The translations under genes were made by a program, and so were the position numbers. Positions 45,921-58,610 of a stretch of 64,000 nucleotides of DNA are shown piece after piece. The notes under the pieces were generated by a model. That model had not been told where the DNA came from and searched no databases. It worked only from the letters and a program-made list of their open reading frames with translations. The stretch lies in assembly GCF_044704955.1 (NCBI RefSeq), contig NC_092002.1, positions 4,836,001-4,900,000 on the forward strand, written 5' to 3'. The DNA is from Pristiophorus japonicus (lineage: Eukaryota). Each line of letters opens with the position of its first letter. Position 1 is the stretch's first letter.

Positions 45921-46696
45921 TATAGAACAGTACAACGATATATAACGCTCATTGTTCCTCTCTCCTGTGAAACCTGTGTTATAGAACATTGTCTGATTTA
46001 AGCCGCAGTCATGAGAAAGCACCGAACCTTGTACACAATGAAATAAAGGGTCATTTTGTGCCATGTACTTGTGCCCAGTGAGTACTGAAGCTGTCAGGCT
46101 TATTTCCCTGAGAATTTGAACATTTGGCAGAGAGCGAGAGAGAGGCAGATACATGCACAAAGACGCTCTCTGGCCAGGCTGGACTCAGTCCCAGGTCTAA
46201 GAGGAGAAAGGATGACATTCTGACTGCCGGTGTCACTCAGTTCTATAGCACTGTGCGTTTCGAGTTGTCTTTACGATGATGTTGTGAATTGGAAATGAGA
46301 TGTAGATGAGATGCTGTTTCAGTTCTGGGCTTTGCCTTTTACTGAACTCGGGTCAGCCAGCATGAATGGTGGAAAGGACGATTGATTGGCATGTGTCCCT
46401 CCCTCCCCACACACATACTTTTTCGTGTATGTATTATTGCCCCTCCCATTTAAATCATAGAAAAGTCTCAAATCCCAATTCCCCCTCCCAACCCTTTACA
46501 CTAGCTGCCTCTAGTGGTACAAACCGAATATTGCAGCACTAAAATAATTCATGACACTGGTCCAACAGATCGAATTGGCAGGTTCTGGTTATTCAGACAG
46601 ACCAGGTGACCAACCCCTTCTTTGACCTCTAGCCTCCAACCTATCTCCATGTCATGCAGTTATGGCCAGTGCTTTGCTGAACCTGTATCTCTGTTC

Positions 46697-47025
46697 CTCT
46701 CTCTCTTTGTCTATCTCTCTTTGTCTATCTCTCTTTGTCTATCTCTCTCTGTCTATCTCTCTCTGTCTATCTCTNNNNNNNNNNNNNNNNNNNNNNNNNN
46801 NNNNNNNNNNNNNNNNNNNNNNNNNNNNNNNNNNNNNNNNNNNNNNNNNNNNNNNNNNNNNNNNNNNNNNNNNNNNNNNNNNNNNNNNNNNNNNNNNNNN
46901 NNNNNNNNNNNNNNNNNNNNNNNNNNNNNNNNNNNNNNNNNNNNNNNNNNNNNNNNNNNNNNNNNNNNNNNNNNNNNNNNNNNNNNNNNNNNNNNNNNNN
47001 NNNNNNNNNNNNNNNNNNNNNNNNN
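46697..47025 (+). repeat. (TCTCTCTNTGTCTA)-type microsatellite running into gap 46775-47025
   Basis: Direct inspection. Confidence 0.88.
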
Positions 47026-47877
47026 AACTGTAAATATGCCTATAAACTTTCCGACATGATGCTGAGATTGAGAGTCAATGCACCATCTCCTATAATTCGT
47101 GCTTTGTTGGACTCTCAAGGCTACAGAATCTCCTGATCATTCCCACCCAACCGAAGTCTTTAAACCCGAGCTCACATTCCCTAATCACTGCTTGCTGAAT
47201 TGCCTCCTCTCTAATTCAGCCGCTTGGTGTCTGACCATCGGATGTCACCCATCTCCTCGGCTTCTCAATTAAACAAAAAACACATTCCAAATCCTGGGAG
47301 GAGTTGGGAGATTATTTTCCGGACCACTGACCCTAATTTCTAATTCCTGAGGCAGAGACAGTAATGATGAATGACAGGATGGGGCACAGCACTCAGTAAT
47401 TGACTCGTTCCCTAATGCTCTCTCCGCGGAACAACCTTCCTTTTACATTTGGTTAATAACCTGTCGAAATGGCCTTGTGTCAGAAATCACTCCCTTTAAT
47501 TGGCTGGCCGATCAATATTTTAATTGATTTATTTTATACGATTAGTAATAATGGGGGTGGGGGGAGGGGAACAGGAATGACATTTCCCCAGAAAGGGATC
47601 AGAAGATTTATATTTATTGAAGCACCTATCTCAACCCTCAAAAGCAGTGGATCTTTTTAAAGTGCTTTGTGAGCAATTGCAGCCGCCATATTGCACAGTA
47701 AGATCCCACAAACAGTGCCACGATGAATGGCGGGTGAATCCCTTTCTCCAGTCCCTTGGCGCTGGGCCTTTCGAGGCAGTTTGGAGGCTGCATTTCTCAA
47801 TGAATGGAATCGTTGCCACTTCTTCACAGTCTGACGTGTTTAGTGCTCTTCCGCAGGAGGTGGCCCCGACTGTTTTT

Positions 47878-47990
47878 CTCCCCGAATTCCTCCCCCTCTC
47901 CCCGAATTCCCCCCCTCCCCGAATTCCCTCCTTCTCCCCCCCCCCGAATTCCCCCCCCGTCCCCGAATTCCACCCCTCTCCCCGAATTCC
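47878..47990 (+). repeat. Short C-rich tandem array of CCCGAATTC (6 EcoRI-site units)
   Basis: Direct inspection. Confidence 0.8.
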
Positions 47991-49689
47991 ACAGACAGTC
48001 CGAAAATTCAGGACTGTTCGGAGGAGTGACTGATGGGCTGAGCTTGGACCCACTTCAGACTGTGACACAAACCGGCTGATTGCAAGTCTGACTGCTTTAC
48101 AGATAATGGAACATAGTTGGCCCCAAGATTTGTTTGAGGGTCAGTGCAGAGTTAAAACTAGTCTTTCGGGTGAGACGTTAAACCGAGATCCCGTTTGCTC
48201 TCTCAGGTGGCCTTAAAAGATCCCACGGCCACTATTTCGAAGAAGAGCAGGGGGAGTTCTCCCCGGTGTCCTGGCCAATATTAATCCCTCAACCTACATC
48301 ACTATAACCAGATTATCAAACATTGCTGTGTGTGGGAGCTTGCTGTGCGTAAATTGGCTGCCGCGTTTCCCACATTACAACAGTGACTACACTCCAAAAA
48401 GTATTTCATTGGCTGTAAAGCACTCTTGGGACTTCCGCTGGTCATGAAGACGCTATATAAACACAACTTGTTAATCCCAACCTCAATGGATGGCCCTTTA
48501 ACTGCATCAGCCATCATCGCGGCCTCCCTTTGTGAGATTGCCGATTGGTGCTAGTTAGTATCAAGTTATGAGTGCTTCAGTAGTTTAGATGGGTCACCAG
48601 GAACTGGACTGAAAATGCTGGAGATCTTTGAGCCAAGAGACCCAGGGTACACCCAGCATCGAGGGCAGACTTTCAGTTCATCGGTCTGCATTGGAATCAA
48701 ACCCAGGACCCTAACGTTTCCTGCACGACAAAAGTGACTACGCTTCACAAAGTATTTCATTGGCTGTAAATAACGACAGTGAGCATTTATATAGCGCCTT
48801 TTTGTAGTAACATGTGCTTCACAGGAGCGTTATCAGACAAAATTTGACACCAATCCATATAAGGAGATATTAGGGCAGATGACCAAATGCTTGATCAAAG
48901 AGGTAGGTTTTAAGGAGCGTCTAAAAGGAGGAGAGGTAGAACGCGCTGCCTGAAAGGGCGGTGGGAGCAGATTCAATAGTGACTTTCAAAAGGGAATTGG
49001 GTAAATACTTGAAAAGGAAAAATTAGCCGGGCTACGGGGAAAGGACGGGGGAGTGGGACTGGCTGAGGTACTCCTGCAGAGAGCCGGCAAGGGCTCGACG
49101 GGCTGTGCTGTAACCGTTCTGTGATTCTAACTGATCCAAGTTCTCTTTTAATTCTAAAACCCTATTTATGAAGCAGACCATCTTCAGATTGGCGAGGAAT
49201 GTGCTGGGCTTCTGGCTCCGCGATTACCTTCATGGTTTTGTTCTTTATTCATGTCTGGCCTGCGTTAAGCCAGCAACACAGACATTAACCTGTCTGGGAA
49301 ACCACCAAACCGGATTGGGGCCTGCAATCGGGCAGATTGCTGGGTCGTATTCAGTTGATGGCGAAGGTTTCGAGAGAGGTTGCTGTGTCGCGGCCCACTC
49401 CAGTACAGTGAATCCCGCCGAAAGGCAATGGATTAACCCCTTCACTGACCAACCTGATCACGTTCTCGGGATGTTTTGATGCTGGCAAGCCCGCCTTGAA
49501 CTGTGCATTTATACGACTTGCTCGGCCACTTCAGAGGCCTTTGCATGAACCAAGGAGCGCGGGATTGGACTGGAGTCACGTATGGGCCAGACTGGGTAAG
49601 GACATAGGAGCGTGAGGAGCCCATTCAGCCCCTCAAAGAGCCATTCAAAGAGATCATGGCTGATCTGCGACCTTCCTCCAAATTCCCGC

Positions 49690-49954
49690 TGTAATTTATG
49701 CATCAGTGCGTATGCTCTCAGGTTTGTAGAGCTGTTGCATTGTGAGTGGCTTAGCCAGTCACGTGATGTTCACAAGACTCAATAAAACCCCGGCCAGTTG
49801 GGTTCAGGGGATCCACGATGGTTGTGAGCCTGGTGGATGAACTGGCAATGTATAGTGCGATTGTTAAACCTTTCCTAATAAACCAACTAGTTCTTCATTG
49901 CACTGTGTTGCTCTGAATTCTTAAGCAAAGAATCCCTGAAGCAAATACATTACA
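49690..49954 (+). mobile_element. ~270-bp TGTAA..TTACA element, copy 2
   Basis: Terminal TGTAAT/ATTACA; degenerate 5-bp TSD cccgc/cctgt. Confidence 0.75.
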
Positions 49955-51407
49955 CCTGTCTTTGGCCCATTTCCCTTTGGTTAACAGAAAGCTACCAATC
50001 TCCGATTTAAAATTAACAATTGATCTAGCATCAATTACCATTTGCGAAAGAGAGTTCCAAACTTCTACCATCCATTGTGTGTAGAAATGTTTCCTGGCTG
50101 CACTCCCCAACCAACGCAAATAGTTTCTCCCGATCTACCCTATCTGTTCCCCGTAATATCCTGAGAACCTCGCAGGTTCCCTTTGCAGAACAACATTAAT
50201 GAATCAGTTGGGTTTTTACAACAAGATTTCATGATTTTCTTTTTCTCGGGCCTGCTCCACATTTATTGAATTTAATTTCACAGTCTGCCGAACTCGTGAT
50301 GCCTGTGTTGTGAGTAGGGAGTGGAGTCTGCAGGAATCAAAGACTGAATTCCTGGACACTGCTGCAAGCATCACCCAGCGACATAAAATCATTGGGACCT
50401 TCGAAAAATGGCGTGCTTGAAAAATATATATTTTAACACTTTCTATTATTAGTTACAAAATAACATCGGAGATGTTGCGGTGGGGGGGGGGGGGGGACAG
50501 TTTGACTGCAGTTGAGAACCATTCAAACGGGTAACAAATAATCTTTTGACTTCTCAATTGGTCGTGAGAAGGCGGGGCATAATGATAGACAGGTTGGGCG
50601 ACCAATGGCCGGGGCGGTGGGAGGCGGGAGGTCATGTGTTGAAACCTCCAGGACTATGTCCAATCGGAGTTGGTAACCTTAGCGCTGAGTCGAATATCAT
50701 GACCTGTGACCCTTCGTGCCACCAGTACCGTTCCCATCCAAGAGGCTGCAATGGAGTTCCGGAATCGAAAGCTGGACTTCCCTCACATCAAGTAAATAAA
50801 AACATATCAACATTTTTTTTAAGGGAGTTACTTATACACTGACGTGACTTACTCACTTATCTAGAACTAGGGGGCATAGTTTCAGAATAAAAGGTCGCCC
50901 ATTTAAGACAGATGGAGGAGTCTCTGAGTCGTGAATCTGTGGAATTCTCTCCCCTAGAGAGCTGTGGAGGCTGGGTCACTGAATATGTTTAAGGTGGAGA
51001 TTTTTGAACGATAGGGGAGTTCAAGGGTTATGGGGAGCGGGCAGGGAAGTGGAGCTGAGCCCAAGATCAGATCAGCCACGATCTTATTGAATGGCGGAGC
51101 AGGCTCGAGGGGCCTTATGGCCGACTCCTGCTCCTATTTCTTATGTTCATGTAATGGCCAGTTTTGATGGTATTTTAAAGGGCCGGTGTGCTCCTATTGG
51201 TGAAGCCTTTGAGCCATGTCACTTTTCCCATGGCGGCATTGTAAAAGGGACATTATGGTGAGACTAGCTCATCACATCTTGTGTTTCCAATTATAAATAT
51301 TTGCCAGACTCTCACGTAGTTTCGCTCCTTCAACGATTTGTTTTCTGGACCGGTGGTAATAAATTTTAATACTGCGCCATCGGAATGTTTTTCAGATATA
51401 ACTGAAA

Positions 51408-51561
51408 ATGACAAAAGAAAATGTGACGGATGTTGCTTCAGAGGAGGAGCCCCAGGAGCCCCAGGACCACCAGCCGGCAGATTACCCCAGCCCGGTGTTG
51501 GAGAGGCGCAAGAGGCCGATCGTTCATCCCTCTGCCCCAGCACCGCTGCCCAAGGACTATG
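51408..51561 (+). CDS. CLIP3: CAP-Gly domain linker protein 3 (CLIPR-59), first coding exon (MTKENVT...IVHPSAPAPLPKDY)
   Basis: Acceptor ttttcag at 51395, ATG at 51408, /gtaatt donor; HPSAPAPLPKDY as in vertebrate CLIP3. Confidence 0.92.
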
Positions 51562-51613
51562 GTAATTGTCCTGAACTGTAACCAGAGCTGAGCTTAAAAC
51601 CCCACACCTTCCC

Positions 51614-52154
51614 TGTAATGTATACATCTGTGAGCATGTTCACAGGCTTGTAGAGCTGCTGAAACAAAAAAAAAAAGAGGGCAGTTATAAGTGTCTGGAG
51701 TGTCCCCCAAATCGGGGGGGCACTCGATCTAATGTTTATTTTGTACTCCCCCCAAAAGAGTTCCGCAAGAGGTGGGCGCCGGAGGGACTGGGGTGCATCA
51801 TCACCCCCGGCAACCAAATTTTAAGTTCATTCTTCAATGCTAAAAGTTTAATTTGATTAATTTGTCGGTTTTAGTGCCCCTTTATTAAGGAGGCACTTGA
51901 TTTATAGTTTAAACCAAAATAGTTGTAGAGCTGCTGAATTGGGATTGGCTTAGCCAGTCATGTGATGTTCACAAGACTCAATAAAACCCCAGCCAGTTGG
52001 GTTCAGGGGATCCACGATGAGGTATGCAGTTGTGAGCCTGGTGGATGAACTGGTTAAGTGTCGTGCGATTGTTAAACCTTTGCTCATAAACCAACTAGTT
52101 CTTAATAGCAATGTGTTGCTGTGAATTCTTAAGCAAAGAAGCAAATACATTGCA
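51614..52154 (+). mobile_element. Same element, copy 3, carrying a 259-bp insertion (51664-51922)
   Basis: 5-bp TSD ttccc/ctccc; internal 16-bp duplication TTGTAGAGCTGCTGAA. Confidence 0.78.
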
Positions 52155-53276
52155 CTCCCCATCACCGAGGTCACTGATGTCTGCCTCTGCAACATTGCCC
52201 ACCTGCGACCTGAACGCACCCATTCTGCTGTCGATAACCCTGATACAAACTCCTCCCAATCGACACACAAAACATGACAAAATATCTCCAGCAACTGCCC
52301 AACTGGTCCACACGAGCCTCCTCCCACCCCTCTTCATCTCACTCCATCAGAATTGTTTTCTTTTATTCATTCACGGAATGTGGGCGTCGCTGGCAAGGCC
52401 GGCATTTATTGCCCATCCCTAATTGCCCCTCGACAAGATGGTGGTGAGCCGCCGCCTTGAATACAACTGAGTACTGTATTGGGCCACTTCAGAGGGGCAG
52501 TTAAGAGTCAGCCACAACCACAAGAGACCCCTGTGCCAAGGGAAGGTGTGATTGAAGTGCTCGACTCCAGCTGCTGCTACAGGACCTTTTACTGGATTCC
52601 CACTTGCTCAAGCTCCCTTTTCATGGCTTGTTTGCTGCAAAAAAAAGATTTTTAAAAATGAACATTTTAGAGAACTTATTTTACTTTACTATTTACTGCA
52701 GCAGCTAACCTCTCGGGCATCAAACAGCCTGCCTCTTGGCCAGTGATTGGCAGGTCCATTAGAAGTGACTGGTCTCTTTCTCCATACAGAGAAATGCCTT
52801 GCAATCGACTTGTAGATAAATAGACACACTTCCCATTCACTTAAAAAAAATATTGTTCACGGGATATGGGTGTCGCTGGCAAGTCCGGCATTTATTGCCC
52901 ATCCCTAATTGCCCTCGAGTGTCTCGCTGGGCCATTTCAGGGGGCAGTTAAGAGCCAACCACGTTGCTGTGGGTCTAAAGTCACATATCGGCCAGACCGG
53001 GTAAGGGCGGCAGATTTCCTTCCCTAAAGGGGCATCAGTGAACCCGATGGGTTTTTACGACAATCCGGTAGTTTCATGCTCACCATTACTGACACTGGCT
53101 TTTTAATTCCAGATTTATTTAATTAACAGAATTTAAATTCCCCAGCTGCCCGGGGTGGGATTTGAACTCCAGGATCGTTCGTCTAGGCCTCGGGATTACG
53201 GGGCCGGCAACATTACCACTGTGCTACTTTACCCTTGCAATACTGACCACGCACTCTTCTCTGCTGTTCCCTGCAG

Positions 53277-53416
53277 CGTTCACCTTCTTCGACCCGAATG
53301 ACCCGGCCTGCCAGGAAATCCTGTTCGACCCTCAGACGACCGTTGCCGAACTCTTCGCCATCATCAGGCAGTGGGTACCCCAGGTGCAGCATAAAATCGA
53401 CACCATCGGAAACGAG
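53277..53416 (+). CDS. CLIP3: CLIP3 second coding exon (AFTFFDPNDPACQEILFDPQTTVAELFAIIRQWVPQVQHKIDTIGNE)
   Basis: 140 nt, ctgcag/ and /gtgagt; close match to CLIP3. Confidence 0.96.
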
Positions 53417-53721
53417 GTGAGTCGAGGCACCTGGCCTTCCTCGAGCTTGTCCCATTTCAGTCGGACTTGGCTCACGATCGGCAACAAAGGAAATATTACA
53501 TTACCTCCGGAGGATTTAGAAACAAAAGACTCGATGAGAGTATCGGTGGAAACATCCTGATTTTAAAAGCCGAGACTGTCATTCGATAATGTGGCAGCCG
53601 AATTTCTTGAATCGCTTAATTTCGATGAAACACATTTAAAATGGACAATCTCCAGTCCCTCACACAATTCGCTATTTTGATCCGGTTTGCGTTCAGCAAT
53701 CTCATGGGATCAAGTAACCTC

Positions 53722-54490
53722 GAGGCCGAAATCGTCCCGTTCTGTCAGGCCTCGGTGCGGACTGGCCGGCGAGTCGCTGTGCAGGGGCCGCCATTTTATA
53801 AACTGCCCTTGCCCGGGTTTGGAGCGGCGCAGGGGCGCGGACCCGCCCGTATCCCCGCCGCACCGCGCACGCGCACCCCCTTACCAACCGGCGGCAATCC
53901 CCTTCCCGGAATTGCCTCGCGGGAAATTTCCCCTTTGTAAAACTGCCCGCGGGAGCGGCGCTGCCAATCGGTGCCCCCGACAGCGCTTGCCGTCGGTACG
54001 CTCTCTGTGACTTGGCGACATAGCCGCCCTTAAAGGGGAGGGCGCACTGCCGGCGACTCCATGCTTTTTATTTTTGTCGGCCGACTGCTGGGTGGGTTGA
54101 ACCGACAGTTTTGCCCCCCCCGGGTTCGGCCGGGACGCCCCTCCTCCCCGGCCCTGTTGGGGTGCCAGGCCACTGGCCCGGCTGAGACCCTCCCTGGTGG
54201 CCCAGTGTTTGCCACTGAAGTGGCTGCAGAGTTCGCAGCGACCTCTCCCCTTTAACTGAAGGGGCGGGACCGTTTGTGACGCGCCAGCGCGATGATGTCA
54301 TCAGCACGGCGCTGAGGCCTTGGAGCGTCGGTCACTCTGACCCGCCCCCATTTCCGCCCCGCTCCAAAAAAATCCCACAAAGTGCTGAATTTCTCCGCTT
54401 TGACCGTCCCGTCCCGTGCATTCTGGGGGACGGGACGCTTCAAGAGCACTCGGTGCGACTCGTTTCAGGCGATGGGCAATTTCGGCCCCC
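53722..54490. mobile_element. GC-rich non-autonomous DNA transposon with ~16-bp TIRs (possibly PIF/Harbinger); related fragment at ~11180-11557
   Basis: gaggccgaaatcgtcc ... gggcaatttcggcccc; possible 3-bp TSD ctc. Confidence 0.62.
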
Positions 54491-54544
54491 CTCAAGTCTG
54501 CTATTTTGTTAAAATTAGGATGACAGGCATTTTGACCTTACTGT

Positions 54545-55520
54545 TAGCTGTGCTCAGTGGGCACGGTCGCCTTGGAGTCAGATGGTTGTGGGTTCAAAAA
54601 TCCAGGCTGACGCTCCCAGTGCAGTGCTGAGGGAGCGCCGCACTGTCGGAGGGGCAGTACTGAGGGAGAGCCGCACTGTCGGAGGGGAAGTGCTGAGGGA
54701 GCGCAGTACTGAGGGAGCGCCGCACTGTCGGAGGGGCAGCGCTGAGGGAGTGCCGCACTGTCGGAGGGGCAGCGCTGAGGGAGCGCCGCACTGTCGGAGG
54801 GGAAGTGCTGAGGGAGCGCAGTACTGAGGGAGCGCCGCACTGTCGGAGGGGCAGCGCTGAGGGAGTGCCGCACTGTCGGAGGGGCAGTGCTGAGGGAGCG
54901 CCGCACTGTCGGAGGGGCAGCAGTGAGGGAGCGCCGCACTGTCGGAGGGGCAGCACTGAGGGAGCGCCGCACTGTCGGAGGGGCAGTACTGAGGGAGCGC
55001 CGCACTGTCGGAGGGGCAGTACTGAGGGAGCGCCGCACTGTCGGAGGGGCAGTACTGAGGGAGCGCCGCACTGTCGGAGGGACAGTACTGAGGGAGCGCC
55101 GCACTGTCGGAGGGGCAGTACTGAGGGAGCGCCGCACTGTCGGAGGGGCAGTACTGAGGGAGCGCCGCACTGTCGGAGGGGCAGTACTGAGGGAGCGCCG
55201 CACTGTCGGAGGGGCAGTACTGAGGGAGCGCCGCACTGTCGGAGGGGCAGTACTGAGGGAGCGCCGCACTGTCGGAGGGGCAGTACTGAGGGAGCGCCGC
55301 ACTGTCGGAGGGGCAGTACTGAGGGAGCGCCGCACTGTCGGAGGGACAGTACTGAGGGAGCGCCGCACTGTCGGAGGGGCAGTACTGAGGGAGTGCCGCA
55401 CCGCCGAAGGTGCCGATTTCAGATGAGACATTAAACCGAGGCCCCGTCTGCTCTCTGAGGTGAACGTAAAAGATCCCATTTCACTATTTCTAAGAAGAGC
55501 AGGGGAGTTATCCCCAGAGT
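54545..55520 (+). mobile_element. DeuSINE-like element with ~24-unit minisatellite
   Basis: Head, array 54620-55405, partial body. Confidence 0.87.
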
Positions 55521-58129
55521 CCTTGTCTCGGTTTAATGTCTCATCCGAAAGACGGCACCTCTGACAGTGCAGCACTCTCTCAGCACTGCACTGGAGTGTC
55601 AGCCTGGATTTAAGGACCAAGAGGCCGATCCCTGGGGTCAGAGGTCTGAGCTATTACTGGAGAATCTTGGCTTGCCAGCCCTGAAATAGGGCCTCCGGGA
55701 AGATATAAAAGACCGTGTATGGTATAGAAAATCTGTCCGGCACAGGCACGATGGGCCGAATGGCCTCATTCCGTGCTGCGTTTTTCTGATTGACTGAACA
55801 CTACGTCAGGTTAAACAGTGGCATTAGGACAAGGAAGCACTGGGCCAAACCTAAAAGGTAAATTTAAGTCTGATACATATTTGAAAAGGAAAGATTTGCA
55901 GTGTATGGGGAAAGAGCAGCGTGGGGATAATGGGGTTATTGGATAATTGGCAGAGAGCCGGCACAGACACGATGGGCCAAATGGCCTCCTTCTGTGCCAT
56001 TCTACGCCAGGAACTTCTTTCTCTCACAGTGATTGACTCGTGAAATGGACTTCAGAGCAGGGAGCTGGAGCCAAAGGTTTGGGAAATTTCTGGCTGTTGT
56101 GTGGGGGGTGGGGGCGGGGGCAGGGGCAGTGGGTGTGATTGGCCGGACGGGGTGAATGGCCTCCCTCAGCCCGATCGGCCTTGTGATGATTGCGACCCTC
56201 GTCGCAGATGTGGAGAGGGAAATTGACCGAACGGAATGCTAGGCGGTTATTTCCGTGACTTGGTCATTCGAGATTCTCATCTCTTGTTGTGCGCAGACCA
56301 CAGGCCTCAAACTAGCTCGATCTCTGGATTTATGAGACACTGCCCTCTCCCGATGATTCATTACCACTTGGTTAGAGTAGTGCTGGCTGCAGCAGCACAC
56401 AGCCTCTAACCAGCAGCACCGATCTGAACCAGTAACTCAAGGGCAGTGAGACAGCCACAGCCTGAGATATGCTTTTCATCTAATACAGGGTGACGTCGAG
56501 GTTAGAATCACAGAGCGGTTACAGCACAGAAGGAGGCCATTCGGCCCGAGAGCCCGTGCCGGCTCTCTGCGGGAGCACCTCAGCCAGTCCCACTCCCCCC
56601 ATCCTTTCCCCGTAGCCCTGCAAATTTTTCCTTCCGGTATTTATCCAAAGTCCTTCTGAAAGCCGCGATTGAGTCTGCCTCCACCACCCTCTCAGGCAGC
56701 GCATTCCAGATCCTAACCACCCGCTGCGTAAAAAGGTTTCCCCTCCATGTCGCCTTTCTGCCACTCGCCTTAAATCAGTGTCCCTCTGGTTCTCGACCCT
56801 TCCACCAATGGGAACAGTTTCTCTCTGTCTACTCTGTCCAAACCCCTCATGATTTTGCACCTTTGGTTCCCTTTGGTAACATCATCCTGAAGCATGCCAT
56901 CAAGTTCCATGTGTGTGTAGATCGTACCCAGCTTTACCGTTCCATCTCCCAGCTTGATTCCATGGCTCTTGCTCAACTCTCCAACTACCTGCCTGATGTT
57001 AAGTCTTAGACGAGTCAAAACTTCCCCCAGCTTTCTATAAGCTCTCCTTGGGTGATGTTCCACAGTCTGGAGTGTATTCCGTACCGGATAAGGTGGAGTG
57101 CATTCCACGCAGGATAACGTGGAGAGTATTAACAAACCCATCTCAAAATCAATCTACTTCTATTAACAAAAGCCTTTCTCAAAGGCCATCTTTATAACAA
57201 TGCTTTCACTCACGACTCCTAACCCTCCCACAATGGCCCAGCATTCATTCCTTTGTCTACTTTATTTCTTTCCTCCCCCTTCCGTGAAATGCCTTGGGAC
57301 AATTTTCCTAAAAAAAAACCAGATTAAAAGGTCATTATCGCATTGCTGTGTGTGGGAGCTTGCTGTACGCAAATTGGCTGCCGCGTTTCCCACATTACAA
57401 CAGTGACTCCCCACCTTCCCTCTCAGGCGGATGTAAAAGATCCCATGGCACTATTTCGAAGAGCAGGGTAGTTCTCCCCGGTTTCCTGCCCAATATTTAT
57501 CCCTCAATCAACACAACGAGAAAAAAAAGGATTATCTGATCATTATCACATTGATATTTGTGGGAGCTTGCTGTGCGCAAATTGGCTGCCCCGTTTCCTA
57601 CATTACAACAGTGACTACACTCCAAAAGTACTTCATTGGCTGTAAAGCGCTTTGAGATGTCTGGTGGCCGTGAAAGGTGCTATATAAATCCATTTTAAAA
57701 AGAAATCTCATACCATTCCTGTGAAGCACCTTGGGACGTTTCACTATGTTAAAGGCGCTATATAAATACAAGTTATTGTTGTTGTGGGAGTTTTAACCTG
57801 CATCTGACCTGGGATGGGGAAGTGGAGACAGGGTGAGGGGGCATGGGCGGAGGAGGGGGCTTTACTCCATCTTACCTGTCCTGCACCTGACCCCGAAGTG
57901 TGTGGTCCCAGAGTGGGAAATGTGCACTCCCAGAGTTAGTGAGTGAAGCAGGGATCACGTCAATATTTATAAATGGGTTAGACAGGTACTTGAAGGAAAA
58001 GAGATACGGGACCAGGGGCCAGCAGTGCTCGTGCGGTCGACCGGTTGGGGTGAATGGGCTGTTTCTGTGCTGTAATTAATTTCCATGTATAAAGAGAGGG
58101 GACAAACTGTCAAATTTGCACTAAATTCG

Positions 58130-58610
58130 TTACCTGTCCCTCGAGAAGGTGGTGGTGAACCTCCTTCTTGAACCGCTGCAGTCCGTGTGGTGAAGGTGCT
58201 CCCACAGTGCTGTTAGGGAGGGAGTTCCAGGATTGGGACCCAGCGACGATGAAGGAACGGCCGATATATTTCCAAGTCAGGATGGTGTGTGACTGGGAGG
58301 GGAACGTGGAGGGGGTGGTGTTCCCATGGACCTGCTGCCCTTGTCCTTCTAGGGGGCAGAGGTCGTGGGTTTGGGAGGTGCTGCCAAAGAAGCCTTGGCG
58401 AGTTGCCGCGGTGCATCTTGTAGACGGTACACACTGCAGCCAGGGGGCGCCGGTGGTGGAGGGAGTGTGTTGAAGGTGGTGGGTAGCGTGCCGATCGAGT
58501 GGGCTGCTTTGTCCTGGATGGTGTCGAGCTTCTTGATTTGCTCAGGACAACTAGGAATGGGATAATAAATTTACCTCCACCAGTGTGGCCTACATCCAGA
58601 GAATAAATAA
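58130..58610 (-). mobile_element. HER1-like (CR1 group) LINE 3' fragment
   Basis: HSLHHRR..AAVCTVYKMH..NSPRLL.QHLPNP remnants; 3' end similar to the HE1 tail. Confidence 0.65.

Noticed and set aside
53641-54512. CpG-rich region with several short ORFs resembling a promoter or small gene
   Set aside because: Bounded by terminal inverted repeats with a related fragment at ~11180-11557; better explained as a non-autonomous DNA transposon
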